DNA from: Pelomyxa schiedti
Lineage: Eukaryota > Protista > Evosea
Assembly (NCBI GenBank): GCA_020536535.1
Contig: JAHLWZ010000838.1
Span: 23,765-87,764 of the forward strand
Direction: 5' to 3'
Length of the DNA stretch: 64,000 bases
In this document: piece after piece, positions 12,801 to 24,529 of the stretch
Position numbering within the stretch: position 1 is the stretch's first letter
Layout of the letters: the number at the start of each line of letters is the position of its first letter
The notes under the pieces: generated by a model
Databases searched by the model: none
What the model saw: only the letters and a program-made list of their open reading frames with translations
Told to the model about the DNA's origin: nothing
Made by a program: the position numbers and the translations under genes

Positions 12801-14267
12801 TTATTCACGCAGTATTTTCACATATAAGTCGCGTCGCTTCCAAACTCTGGACCTGGGTGACCACATTCATTCGCTACTGCCACTCTCGAATTTCTGCATT
12901 TTCACGCTTTGTTTGGAACTTTACTTGGCCCCGTTTCTGTACCGTACTCTCTCGGTCCTATGCTCTTGTCAAACGTATCGTTCTTGGAATCCGTGATGCC
13001 CTTCGATACTTATTCCGAAGTTGCTTCTCTAACCCCTTCTAATTTTACTCACAATCTCAGAAACTGGTGATGCGATGTATTATATTTATCAGATGCTCCG
13101 TCCCCATGTTGCCTCTTTGATGAATGGCTGTGGCAGGGTGTTGAGATGGGTAGGAACAAAACTGAGAGCGGGTTTAAGAGCTGTAGATAGAGTGGTTGAT
13201 GCAATTTGCAGAGCAGGTTGCTAATTGCTTTTCTCAAAGGGGTTAATGTCTTGTAGGATTTGACTTTTTCCTGGCACACCTGTGGCCTTATATCAGGCCA
13301 ATACTGCTTGGGGTTCGCAGTGGTTTAAGATTTTTCTTCAGAACAATTTTCCGAGTCCTGACTTTTGTCTTCCGCGTCATTCTGTACCTTTCTATGACAA
13401 ATGTCCTTCTCTAAGACAGGCAAAAACAGGTTCCCATACAGGTTTTTCTGCGAGAGAATCTCACCATACCGTGGGTACCACAGACAAGGGTACACATTGG
13501 ATATTCGGCCAAGCGTAAGGCGAAATTACACTCCCCACGGAGTTTTGTATGTTTTGTGACTGCAAATGGCAGCTCACGAACCCTTTCCCAGATATGAGAT
13601 GCAGGATCAAACAGAATATGGCATCTTCATTAGGAACTCCAGTAATCCCCCTTCAGTCTGCCATCTGAAAGTTGATGGCTCTCGCGTTGGATCCTTCTTA
13701 TTGCCTCCAAATGCCGGTGCTTATTCTACCACTCCCTCTCAATTAGTCTAATTTCCTCCTTTTAGCTTGTATCATCACACATCCTTCAGAGGATATGAGG
13801 CGGTTTAAATTTGTTGCCCCAGAAGAGCACGCTCCCACAGGCCCAGTACTTGCAGCAGATGGCGGTGTAATTGCTGCCACGGATCCCAATATCGGCTGTA
13901 TAGAAGGTACCCGAACTCTTACACTGAGGTTGCCCTCACATAAACAAAAAACCTAGCCACCTTTGAACCCACTGGTGACACACACCGCCCATCCCGAAGA
14001 GCCCAGCGTAGAGCAAGGAAGGCTCTCTCCTCATTCAGCTCACCTTTTGCCGCATCCTCAGCAGCCTCAGTAGCGGATGATGAATGGGAATACAACCAAC
14101 CGGCACAGGAACAACAGCAACAGCAAGCTGCACCCGCGGCCGCGTTCTTGGCTGGAGAAACTGTACTTGGATCGTTAAGTGACCAGCGGTTCACTGGTAT
14201 TCCGGCACCTGCAACTGATACCACCAGACAGGTCGTTCTTTCTGTCAGGCTTGTGACACGTGTTTAG
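9872..14267 (+). CDS. Protein with three ubiquitin-like domains, Trp-periodic amphipathic repeats and a C-terminal beta-rich domain
   Basis: Ubl1 (QRLVFHGKVL), Ubl2 (MMYAGKPLSDLSSLSQYNV) and Ubl3 (IRLFFKQTEL...LSQYGL) splice in frame, followed by WRxTSxVAS repeats and a terminal domain EYGIFIRN...LKVDG...RRFKFV...IEATFEP...VRLVTRV*. Joins between 11400 and 11890 were not fully resolved. Confidence 0.7.
12100..12330 (+). repeat. Coding 33-nt (11-aa) imperfect tandem repeat
   Basis: WRFTTSVASNA/WRLTTSVSSAV/WRHTSAVASTL/WRYTSSTASTL/WRYSSTVASAL/WNKVTTVSSAV/WRCT. Confidence 0.85.
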
Positions 14268-14332
14268 TGTGGCACGCCTGGTTATGTGTGTTTTTTCTAA
14301 AAAGAAGTGGAAGATAAGTATTTGGGTTTTTT

Positions 14333-17300
14333 TTAGTTTGCTAGACGCGCACGGAATGTACGGAGTTGCATAGGGTTGAGAGTAATAATGCGGTCTTGAA
14401 GGAGGATTGAGCGGGAGGATGTGGGGGATGGTGATTGTGTTGATTTGGTGGTGGTTGCTGCTGTATTCCAAGATAACCGCTTCACACTGGATAGGGCTTG
14501 ATTCCCAGTGATTTGTGTTTCAGTGAGCTGGACTAGGGAAGGGTTAGAAAGCCAATGATTTCGTTGTTTGGGTACCAAAAACAAGGTCGGTGAAAAGGGT
14601 ATCCAAGTTGATGGAGACAGTCTTGGATAATTCACTATCTTCATTCAAGCCGAAAGTGTTTTGCAGTCTAAAAACCACTTCACCAGAATCTGGAATAAGG
14701 TAAGCAAATTGAACAGCAGCACAAATTCTTTACCAAGGGGAAGAATTCCTTCAATGAGTGCATTGTCTGGGAGGGAGTACCTCAATGGTGTGAAGGAAGT
14801 TTTGTACTTGGACACAAACTGGTGAATAGTTAATTGGGGATAGAAAACCGGAAGGGGATTACCGTTGATGGATTGGCTTCCAGACCAAACATGGCAGTGA
14901 ATGGATTGTTAATTATATGTTGAAGTCTACGCATTTGTCTTGCAGAAACAGAAGTATCATTTATAACAAGATAGTGAGTTGCCCTAATAACTGTATTTTC
15001 GTTCAGTGCTTCATCAACACCGCGCGAGTCGTCCTTGAGTAATCGTCTATGTAACATTATTTCAAGCTCTCCACTGCTAAGGCTGCTTGTTCCTTCGGCC
15101 CGATCAACGATAACACTGAGAGTTGTTGGACGTGGGAAGTGGCAAGAGCTACAGACGTTAATTGGGTCGTAGCGTCCTTGATTGCTGCAGCAGATACGAT
15201 CGGGTAATAATTACCTGCCACAGGCTAGGAGACTTAGTGGGGTTCGAAATTGGGGACACAATTGGTACCTCTTCTAAAGTTAAGTCCCATGTTGGCCTAT
15301 AGTCCAAAATCCTTTCCTAGGAAACTAGAAGAATTGTTGATAATAAAGACTTGGGAGCTACCTGCATTTCCATTCCGTTAGAGTCGGTATAGAATTTATT
15401 GCTTGTATCAAGATTCGTAGTATACTTTGTAATGACTTCTTTACCATCCAAGTCAGCAATTTCAATTGGGCCCACAGTAGAAAACACTATACAATGAGTC
15501 GTCAATTGTTTTAAAAGGTTGAGTTTCATAGAACCTTCTACATGAGGTTGACCAGTATAAATGCGGTAGGTTTGCTGGATAAAGGTATTGAAAGTCTAAA
15601 AAGAATCTTCTGTCATTTCTTTGAAAAATGAACAAAGGGATTCGACCTGTCTCACTTCCGTAACCAGAGAACCGGATACTATTGAAACAGTTGCAGTCGA
15701 TGTAAAAATATTGGGAGTCTGCGCTGTTGGGCGGAAAATGTATGCTCCAGAGGCCTGAGAGGATTCCAGGTTCCCGATACTGCCCTTGTACCACATGAAA
15801 TTTTGTGCCACCTTAAAAGAGGAAGTAAAAGTAATATAATTGAACCACGTTAGAAACCTGTGTGATGACCTGTGTCTTCATATTACGAACTTGTTTCAGC
15901 ATACCAGAAGTGCCATCAAAAGTGAGTTCTATGTATTCATTTTTCACAACATAATCAGCCTGTTTTTCCTTAGTTGGCTACGTGGTAGGTGGCGTTTTTT
16001 CTCAAACCTCTGGAGATAGAGTGCGAATTGGTGTATATTCAGCAGTTGAAACAGAGCTACTCAAGAAGTAGGTAGCATAACCCATTGGAGGTACTGTGAC
16101 CTTGAACACCACTGTGTACTTGTTTGAATCATCCGTGAGAACATCTTTACGTGGTCACCAAAAAGGGAACAGGATATTAGGATTACCGCTTGGCTCTGTT
16201 AGGAATACTTGTGCTGAGACACTCTGAAGGGAGGAATCCAGAACTAGTACCCTTAAGACATTGAACAACATAGACTAAATCCTACCTTGGACAACTGAAG
16301 ATGGGACAGGGAATCTAACATATTCTGTGCGTGACCAAGACAGGGTATTATAAAGTACAACTGGTATGAAGTTTCCGGCTGAAGTGGTTTTTGATGTTGC
16401 AGGACAGACACTGACATTTAGCAACGGGCAGAAACTCAGATACGTTGTTTGCCCTGTGGCATTTGCCACCATAATGCCAGCAATGTTTGAAATGGCGTCA
16501 TATGCAGCATTCGTCCCTATATCAAGACGGAGACAATAGTCATCGCAAACGTGCTAGGGAGCGAATGAGCCCATTAAAGCAAAGAACCAAGTAACCAACC
16601 TGCTTTTCAGTTCCCGTAATGCCATCACTAAATTATTCGTTTAAAGAAGGAACAAAGGGAAAGAAAAAAATACTGGTGTAAGCCAACTCCAAGGGCCTAG
16701 ACATATTGAAAAGTAACTAAGTCAGAAATAAACAAGTTTTGCCAGAATTATACCGCTTCCAGGGTTTTTATATTCTTCATAGCAGTAGTAACCTGTGAGG
16801 AAGCCCAAGGTGCCAAGGTATATAAATTGTGGGCTGTGTGCAGAATTGATGTTCTTGATTGCGTGAAACCCTGTTTATGTTAAAAGTTACGCAGTTAGGA
16901 AAAATGAAGCTACCTTTTGTGCTGGTCGACTTGTAAAGTACCCAGTCCAGAAAGAGTGCGCACTATCTAAATGAAAAGAGAAGTAAACTAGTAATATAAA
17001 AACAAGAGACAAACCAGCGTAGGGGAAGAAGTCGTCAGTCTTGACTGACCAAGTAGTTCCATAAGTATTCTGATAAGCATTGACAGCCTTGGGAAATGAG
17101 GGGTGTTGACAAGCTTAATTACAGTACCTCAACATAACGGGAGGGAGTGGAATAAAAGATATTGATATTAGGGTACCGACTAGGAAAGCCCTTCGTTACT
17201 AGACAAGGAATGACAGGATAATAGGAAAAAATACCTCGGATTGGCTTGGATATAAGTCATCAGTTTTTCCATGTTCTGAAAGTTTTAATAGGCGAAAAGG

Positions 17301-18657
17301 CAATTTAGCTTGAATACCTTGTACTCCATGTCAGCATTTTGGAAAAGGAAGTCAGAGCCGAATGGTACAAGAACTGACAGTAGTTAAAAAATACAATACG
17401 GTGCAGATGAATTACGATTGTTAGTTTTGTATGATGTAGACCAACTCATCATCTCATTGTAGAAATTGTCTGCGAGTATGTCAACATTATAGCTGAGCAT
17501 CTTGGGGTCATCAGCAACAGGGTCGTCGCCGCTCTCATACCACATGCCTGAGGGAGAGCCATAGCCACCTGGGAGCAATGAAAAGGAGCTCATGAAATGG
17601 GGTATCTCGTTACTGTGGAATATGGAAGTAAAAAGATCAGTTGTTGGAGCTGTATAAGCATTAGTCCCGCGCCAAATGAATTCCAAGTTTTGTTCGTCAT
17701 GTCGCTTTGCATAGTCTTGATAATCAAGCCTTAAAATCCTCACTCTAGGGAAAAAAGTAGGTAAAAAAATACCTAGCAAAGAATAGGGCATCAAAGCCCA
17801 TCAAAGCAAAAAGGCCGGCAAGGTTTACACTGTGCCCAAATGGGTCTGGGAACTTAATAAATTGAAGTGAATGGAGGAGGAATTTACCAATTTGCCAAGC
17901 AATCCTTGGCGTTACACCGAAAGTTTCTAACAACCATCTATGGCCTAAAAACTGTTAGTTCCACCAAGCAGAGAACTCAATAAAACGACCAAGAGTCATT
18001 TGATCTAGAATCGCGATATAATGGGCAGTGGCCTTGGCAATTTCATTACTGGAATAGTGAAGAGAATTGCCTACCTCATCGTTCATACACCAACCACCAC
18101 TAATAAATTCAAGCTGCCCGCTTGTTACAAGCTCCTGGACCAATTCTTGGGTCGAGGCTGTTTGTTCAGACCACCACCTGGAAAAATTATTAGAAATGTT
18201 TGATGCATAACAAAAGAACCTGGCAAAGAACGCCGTCTCAACATAGATAAACGTTCTGTCGGGATTTTGAGCCAATGCAGAAACAACCTTTCTCATTATA
18301 TAAGCTAGGTGATAAAACAAGACCAATGAAAAATCTCACATTGTCAATGATGTACTGCATTGAAGAAAAGATATTAGAAAGCAATCAAACAGGGGGTAAA
18401 AAACCTGTACACCAGCATATTGAATGGAATTGTTGAGCCCATAATAATACTAACCACTGGGTTAGTCACCAAAAACAGCACCTTCCTATCGTACCTGATC
18501 AACGGTCTTGAGCCACCCCACGTCGTCCTACGTAACGTCAGAGAAGACTCACGTCACGGTAAAAGTAACATACGTGGGTGTGAGGCACGATGTGAACATT
18601 GAGAACAGCACCCGATACTCCCACTGCAAGAGCAACCAATAACCACCACCGTGTCAT
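14333..18657 (-). CDS. Lysosomal-type alpha-mannosidase, GH38
   Basis: Signal peptide; [22 protein letters not shown]; [15 protein letters not shown]; WQI-DPFGHS; SGAYIFRP; FYTDSNG; C-terminal [11 protein letters not shown]. Many introns. Confidence 0.93.
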
Positions 18658-18734
18658 TTTGAACCGTTATTCACCTAAAAAAAAAAGATGGCCAAACCCA
18701 CGTTGTTGAAGAGCTGAAGACGAAGGGGATAACC

Positions 18735-19310
18735 CTACATCTTCCTATCCTCGACAAGCAGGATGTGCCATCCGTGTGTTGTTTTAAAAGGCTCTGTGTA
18801 TTTGCCAATGGGTTGTGCGAAGGCTCTGTCTTGAAATGGTCCTACCATGGATCCTGTGGTTTGTTGTGTTGTATAAGTTTGTTGATAATTTTTCATTCAC
18901 AAAAAAGGTGGTTAGTCCGTACCTCGTGCTAGCCATCCGAGATTGCCACCATCTCTGGCCTTGTCCTCAGAATATGTAGAAGCTACGGTTGCGAAAGCCA
19001 TGCCCTCCTTGAGATACAGTTAGTTCTTCAGGTTAATGTCATACATAAATAACCTGCAACTTAGCATACGCCTCCATGATTTTTCCTTGCTTCTCGCACA
19101 AAACGTGTCTGCATTTGCAGTGGTTCGCTGGTTTCACCTTACGATTGGTTACACAGTTTGTTTTTGGTGCATCACAAATCAGCGGCGTACTTTATCAGCA
19201 CTCGACGAAGCAGTCGTAGTCGCGGCAGCAGATTTCCCTTTACCCGATGTAGACTTGCTCGCCGCCGACTTTGGCTTTGGTGCTGCTGCATATGCCTTTG
19301 CCTTGGGCAT
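18735..19310 (-). CDS. PIN4: Parvulin-type peptidyl-prolyl isomerase (Par14/Pin4)
   Basis: Basic N-tail MPKAKAY..., [41 protein letters not shown]...[16 protein letters not shown]. Confidence 0.9.
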
Positions 19311-19475
19311 TTTATTGAATTGTGATCAGTTTGATGAGAAAGAGATTTCCTCAGCACTGCAGGGGAATTACTGTGAAACCATTGCACGGCGTTGTTGAAT
19401 CTCGGTTGTTTGCCAGTTTGGCATTCTCAAGGAGAGACTCCCCTCAACAGATCTTCCAGTAAATTATAAAAACAA

Positions 19476-21773
19476 ATGTCGAACGAGAAGGCAGGGGGGC
19501 CGGAGACGGCGAAGGACGAAGATCTACCAGATATAAGTGGTGTTGACTGCAGTGACAGTGACGCCACCGACGATGACGACGGCTACGTTGTAGCCGACGA
19601 CAGCAGCGAAAACAGCGAGGAGCCCCTCACGCAAGCCCCAGTTCGTCACACAACCCCGCAACTTGCTCGCAGCACGCAACTGGCTCGTATCCTCAAAAAC
19701 GCTCAAATCGCCAAATCCAAGGCACCCAAAGACGAAGACGGCGATGGCGTCGTTGTTGTTGGCAGCGGCGGCGGCGGCGGCGACGGCTCGGCGGCGGCTA
19801 GTGCCGCAAAAACTTCATCGATGCCAGCAGACCCCTCGCTGCAGACATCTGCAGAAAGTGCAAAGGCGTCATCTGTGACCGATGACGGTGATGGAGTCGG
19901 AAGCGGCGGAGATGGAGATGGAAGTGGAGGTGGAGACGCAGGAGGCAGCAGTGGGAGCGAAACGGCTTCTAGTGAGAATGGTGATGGCGAAGAGAATACC
20001 GACGGCGCCAACAGCGACGGGGACGACGGCGGGAGTGGGACTGAGAGTGGGAAGAGCACGGGTGATGGTCACGAGTTCGATAGTGACCAAGAATTTGTGC
20101 CACCGTCATCGAATGTAGGCAAACAGACAGTACCGATCGCTGTTGAGCTGCACCATCCCCGCGTCCTTAAAAAAGTTCGAAGCAACTACACTGCAGAAGA
20201 GGATGTGGCAATTTTACAGTTCGTCCACGACAATCCAAGTTATGGTGTTCAAGGCAATGCAATTTGGCGATTGCTGGCAGGAAGGGTACCATTCACCTTT
20301 TAGACATCCTCTCTCCCCTTAGTTGATTTTTTTTTTAGTCTGCACAAGGTACCAAACCACACCTGGCAAAGTTTGAGGACTCACTACCGTTACATTAGCA
20401 AGAAGTCTATTCCGCAATTGCAAAATGCGGTGCAGAAGGCGAAGGGAAAGACCAAGCCTACACTTGTCTTGGATAAATCCCCTGTTGCCCAACAGTCCCC
20501 AGCTGTTACCAAAAGTGACACTGGTTCATTAACTACAACAAGTACTACCACTACAGTAGGCAAGAAAATCAGTAATGCTGTTCCCGACATCACTGACGAC
20601 TTGGATATGTTTGATTTTGGGAATGACGCACCACCAGCCAAAAACAGTTCCTTGCCCCGTCCTTCTGGTGGCCACCGTACAGCACCTGTGACTTTTCAAA
20701 GCACTGACCAACCAGCTCCAACATCCCCTCAACCAATTCAGTGGGTACAAAGAAAACGCTCATTAGGTCTAAAACTCAGCACACCCCAGTCTTTAAATCA
20801 AAGCTCACTGGATCAAAGTGCAAACCTGCAGCAAACCAATCCCATCGATGTTGCCCAGATTGTTCAGGCTACAACAGGTCAAAGTGAGCTTTCAGACTCC
20901 ATGCGAAAATCACAAGAAAATGCAATGGAACTTCCACCAACACACACAAAATCAAAAGTGCAACCGTCCACAGTTGAAGGTGGGAAGCAAGCAACCAAAT
21001 CCACAGCGGTTTGTTCGAATCAAAAGAAACAGCCTGCAGCCGCCATTCCACAATCAGAAAGCTCTGGAACAATCCTTGTGGGACAAGATATTCCTATGCA
21101 ACAAGTTCATCACATTCAAAGAACTGAGGTGCCGAAAGCACCGCAATCACTACCACAAGCTCAGCACACACATAAACAAGTACACAGACCACAAGAAAGT
21201 CTTCCACAAATACAACAGCCACTTCACCAGTCACCAGAACTAACAGATGTCAGCAAAACATCTGAATTTGACATAATCAAACCGGAACCAAGTGATGACC
21301 CTACCGACACATGTGCGTTGCATGAAGCAGCACATAGAAATGCCGGCCACATACAGCAGGCAATAAAGAGATCACGTACTTCAATCGATGAGGGTGCTAT
21401 TGAGCAAGTCGTTGTTGCTGCGCAGACATCTGCTGATCGCGCAGCTAGTGGTCTAGTTATAACCGGGTCTATTGAGGCTGCCATAAAACTACTTTCTGGG
21501 CAAGGTGTGTTTCTTTCAAAAGATTCCAATTATTTACTGATACCTAAAAGACCCTGAAGTGAAGCTCTGGACCCAAGCAGAAAATGTACAAAATTTTTTG
21601 ATCATAAAATCGGTGGCAAGTGTCAAATCTAATCTACAATACAGAAGGCACTTATTCACCAAGACTATACTCTATGTAAGACTATTATGTCTGAGTGTGG
21701 ATTCCAGGCTTTCTGCAGTCGATTAGAATTCCTTGGACTCAAAGCAGATGACTACCCTTTCCTACAGAGCTAG
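19476..21773 (+). CDS. RAP1: Rap1/TERF2IP-like telomere protein (Rap1-type Myb domain plus RCT-like C-terminus)
   Basis: YTAEEDVAILQFVHDNPSYGVQGNAIWRLLAGR-VPNHTWQSLRTHY matches the Rap1 Myb pattern (DDVAIL...GNALWK...HSWQSL). The spliced C-terminus LW-TQAEN...RLEFL resembles the RCT domain. Confidence 0.72.
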
Positions 21774-22044
21774 TGAACATGCAATTCACCTACCACCTGT
21801 ACTCCATTCAACAAGCAAACAAAAATGTTGAGGCTATAAAGAGGTGACACAACCTGCCAACCAGTTGTCCACAGGCAAAAGCCAACCAAAATTTCACAAG
21901 CATTGGAAATGGGACAACACAAAGGATGTCCCACTTTTTTCTCACCTGTGAAATGCTGGCCCGGGAAAAAAAAGAACTCGGGAGGCAAGGGAAGAAAAAA
22001 GATATTATGGGTTTGTTATTTTTGATTTTGTTTGTCCCAAAAAG

Positions 22045-23442
22045 TTAAAGAACGGATGGTAAGACTGTTACAAGAATGAGTACTATGATAGCTCCACATA
22101 CGGCTGCTGTGATTGCCAGGATTATCCACAGTTTATTACGGGACTTCTTCTGTAGTGTAACTGCTTTTTCAAGTTGCTCAACACCTTGCTCAACTTGTGT
22201 GTCGGCGGATTCTATGTTGGCTTCGATGTTATCTGTGGAAGTGAGACAATGAAGGCTCTTGGCAATGGAAATACCGATCATGTGCCCTTGTTCTTTTACA
22301 ATGGAAGCTAGGTCTCGGAACATTTCGTTCACTTGAACGACCTTAGTTTCAAGCTCCTGGATGCCAGCTTCTCGATCGCGGATCAGTTGTTCATTCCACT
22401 CTCTTTCCTGCTCCGTTTGTTGGAACTCTGCCCTGAGTTTAGTTTTAGATTGATTTGTGAATTTGGAACTACCACAATTCCTTATTTAAAAGAACAGAAA
22501 GGGAAAAACCTTTCCGCTTCAATCAATCGTAGGTCCTCAGCAGCTTTAGTGGCAGTTCTAAAAAGAAGTTAGAAAAAGTGACAAATTCGCAATTCAGACG
22601 TACTCCTCTCTGAATACTGTACTCTGAGGAGTAGCAGTTTGAAATTGCTTCTGTGGTATTGGTAGGTGTTCCTTCTCTGACGCTATGGTAGAGAGATATT
22701 TGAATTTTTCGGCATAATCCACAAAACTCTTTATGGTTCTTCCTTGCTCTCGTTTTTGAGGAGTCTGTTGAGCAGAAGGTGACTGAATGGGAGAAAAAAA
22801 AAGTGCGTGGAGTGAAGTCACACATCAACACTCTTATCCGTGTTCCCAAGCTGCTTGATAACAGCAGTTATGCTACGCATCTGCTCACTCGTTGAAGCAA
22901 CGCAAGCATTTCTATCAAGGGAGCATTCAACAAATTGGTATTGAAATGCAGGATAGCAAACAATTTTGTTCTGTGAGCTTGGGAGTCTTTTGGTGTGCCA
23001 ACGATTTGTATCATCTCTTGCACTCGAGTGACATTCTGTACAAAGTCTGTTTCAACAATGAGCCACAATTAAAGGCCAGACGTTACAATAACAGCAATAG
23101 TAACAATATCAATAAAAAAAGGCCAACCAAGCACAAAAACCACAACTCGGGAGTAGCGGTGGTGCATTGATTATATGACTTTTAATTATGGGATTTAGAA
23201 GGAATATGGCGCGCACCAGTGACCATATTTGGCAACTGAGCAGGGTTTACGCCCCCGGGGGCACCAGCACCCCCGCCACGTGACCCACCACCACCCCCCC
23301 CGTATGTGGACGACGCCGTCACTACCACAACAGGGGGCGACGAGTACACGGGCGTCATGGGGGTGCTCAACGACGTGGCCCCTCCTGATGGCCTCAGCCC
23401 GAACCCCACGCCCCCAGACACCGCCACTTCATCAAAACTCAT
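22045..23442 (-). CDS. Syntaxin (Qa-SNARE, syntaxin-7/12-like)
   Basis: IVGTPKDSQAHRTKL; SNARE motif VNEMFRDLASIVKEQGHMI-DNIEANIESADTQVEQGVEQLEKA; C-terminal TM helix. Confidence 0.87.
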
Positions 23443-23764
23443 TTTTTGTTTGGAGTTTTGATAACTGAAATAAAATTGGTGCAAGAATGCAGCTGCCTCT
23501 CGGACTGTCTTCATCTGAAGTGTCACAACAAGGAGGTCATTGCTGCTGGGTGAGCAGGAATGATTCTTGTTCAGTCCTTGGACAAACCTCGGAGGTAAAA
23601 ATACCCAACTGTTAGAAATTCTAACCCCAGCAATTGCGGTCTGACGTGCTGTTTAGATTCGGCAGCCCCGACGACAAATTACAATAAAAAGAAAACAAAA
23701 GGCCAAACCCGCCAGAGGGGATTCACATCGCGTCCTTCGCGCTTTCAGAGTGGTAGAGAGGAAA

Positions 23765-24175
23765 ATGGTGCGTCCATTGGGACTCGTTTTCGTTTCATTT
23801 TTGTTTTTCGTCTCGTGGGGTTTTTTTCCTCCTCCAGAACGGTGCCGTGGTTTTTGACTTTGTTGCAGCCGTCCCACAAGACCTTCAAAATCAAGCGCAT
23901 TTTGGGAAAGAAACAACGCCAAAACCGACCCATCCCTCAGTGGATCCGCCTTCGCACTGGCAACAAAATCAGGTTTGTGTTTCACCCTTAATACCAACGA
24001 TACATTAAATATTGCTCTAACAAACCAAACACGAAAACGAGTATTAATTAAAGGTTCATTTCCGTGAACCTCGCATACACATGTCTCACAATACTACTGC
24101 TTGCACACGCTTAATTTTCTTTGCAGATACAACAACAAGAGAAGGCACTGGAGACGCACTAAGCTCAATCTGTGA
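23765..24175 (+). CDS. RPL39: 60S ribosomal protein L39
   Basis: ATG, intron, [35 protein letters not shown], intron, [15 protein letters not shown]. Confidence 0.97.
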
Positions 24176-24407
24176 TCACACTCACTGTTTTCACTTGAAT
24201 AAAGAAATGTGCCTTTAAGACTGTTGCTTATTGGCCCTTTGTTTCAATTCAACACTATACAAACAAGAAACGACCGCAATTTGTCCCACGGCTCTCCTCC
24301 TGTTTTCATTGGTTTCCATTGGCACCCCTTTTGGCAGCCCCTCGATGATTGTCACCCTCTGCCAAGTATCCATGGTTAGAACCAAAAGGGTTTTCTAGGC
24401 ACTTTGC

Positions 24408-24497
24408 CTCGGTCAGACTGTCCCTTTCCGGGTGTTCTTTAGCTCGGTTACCACACATTGAGGGCTTCCCAGCAGCCTGTACTGTGATCATCAAACA
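24408..24497 (-). ncRNA. Candidate C/D-box snoRNA
   Basis: Minus strand: TGATGA (24493-24488) and CTGA (24416-24413), an 81-nt core. The 9 nt before the D box (AGGGACAGT) are antisense to the conserved LSU rRNA sequence ACUGUCCCU. No terminal stem or clear C'/D' boxes. Confidence 0.35.
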
Positions 24498-24529
24498 AAC
24501 GAAAAAAAAAACAAATCACCGGTTCAGTC

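Noticed and set aside
20280-20360. GGTACCA repeated at both ends of the Rap1 intron, suggesting transposon-derived (introner) gain
   Set aside because: A single short case close to the splice consensus; the other introns I checked show no such repeats or shared internal sequence.
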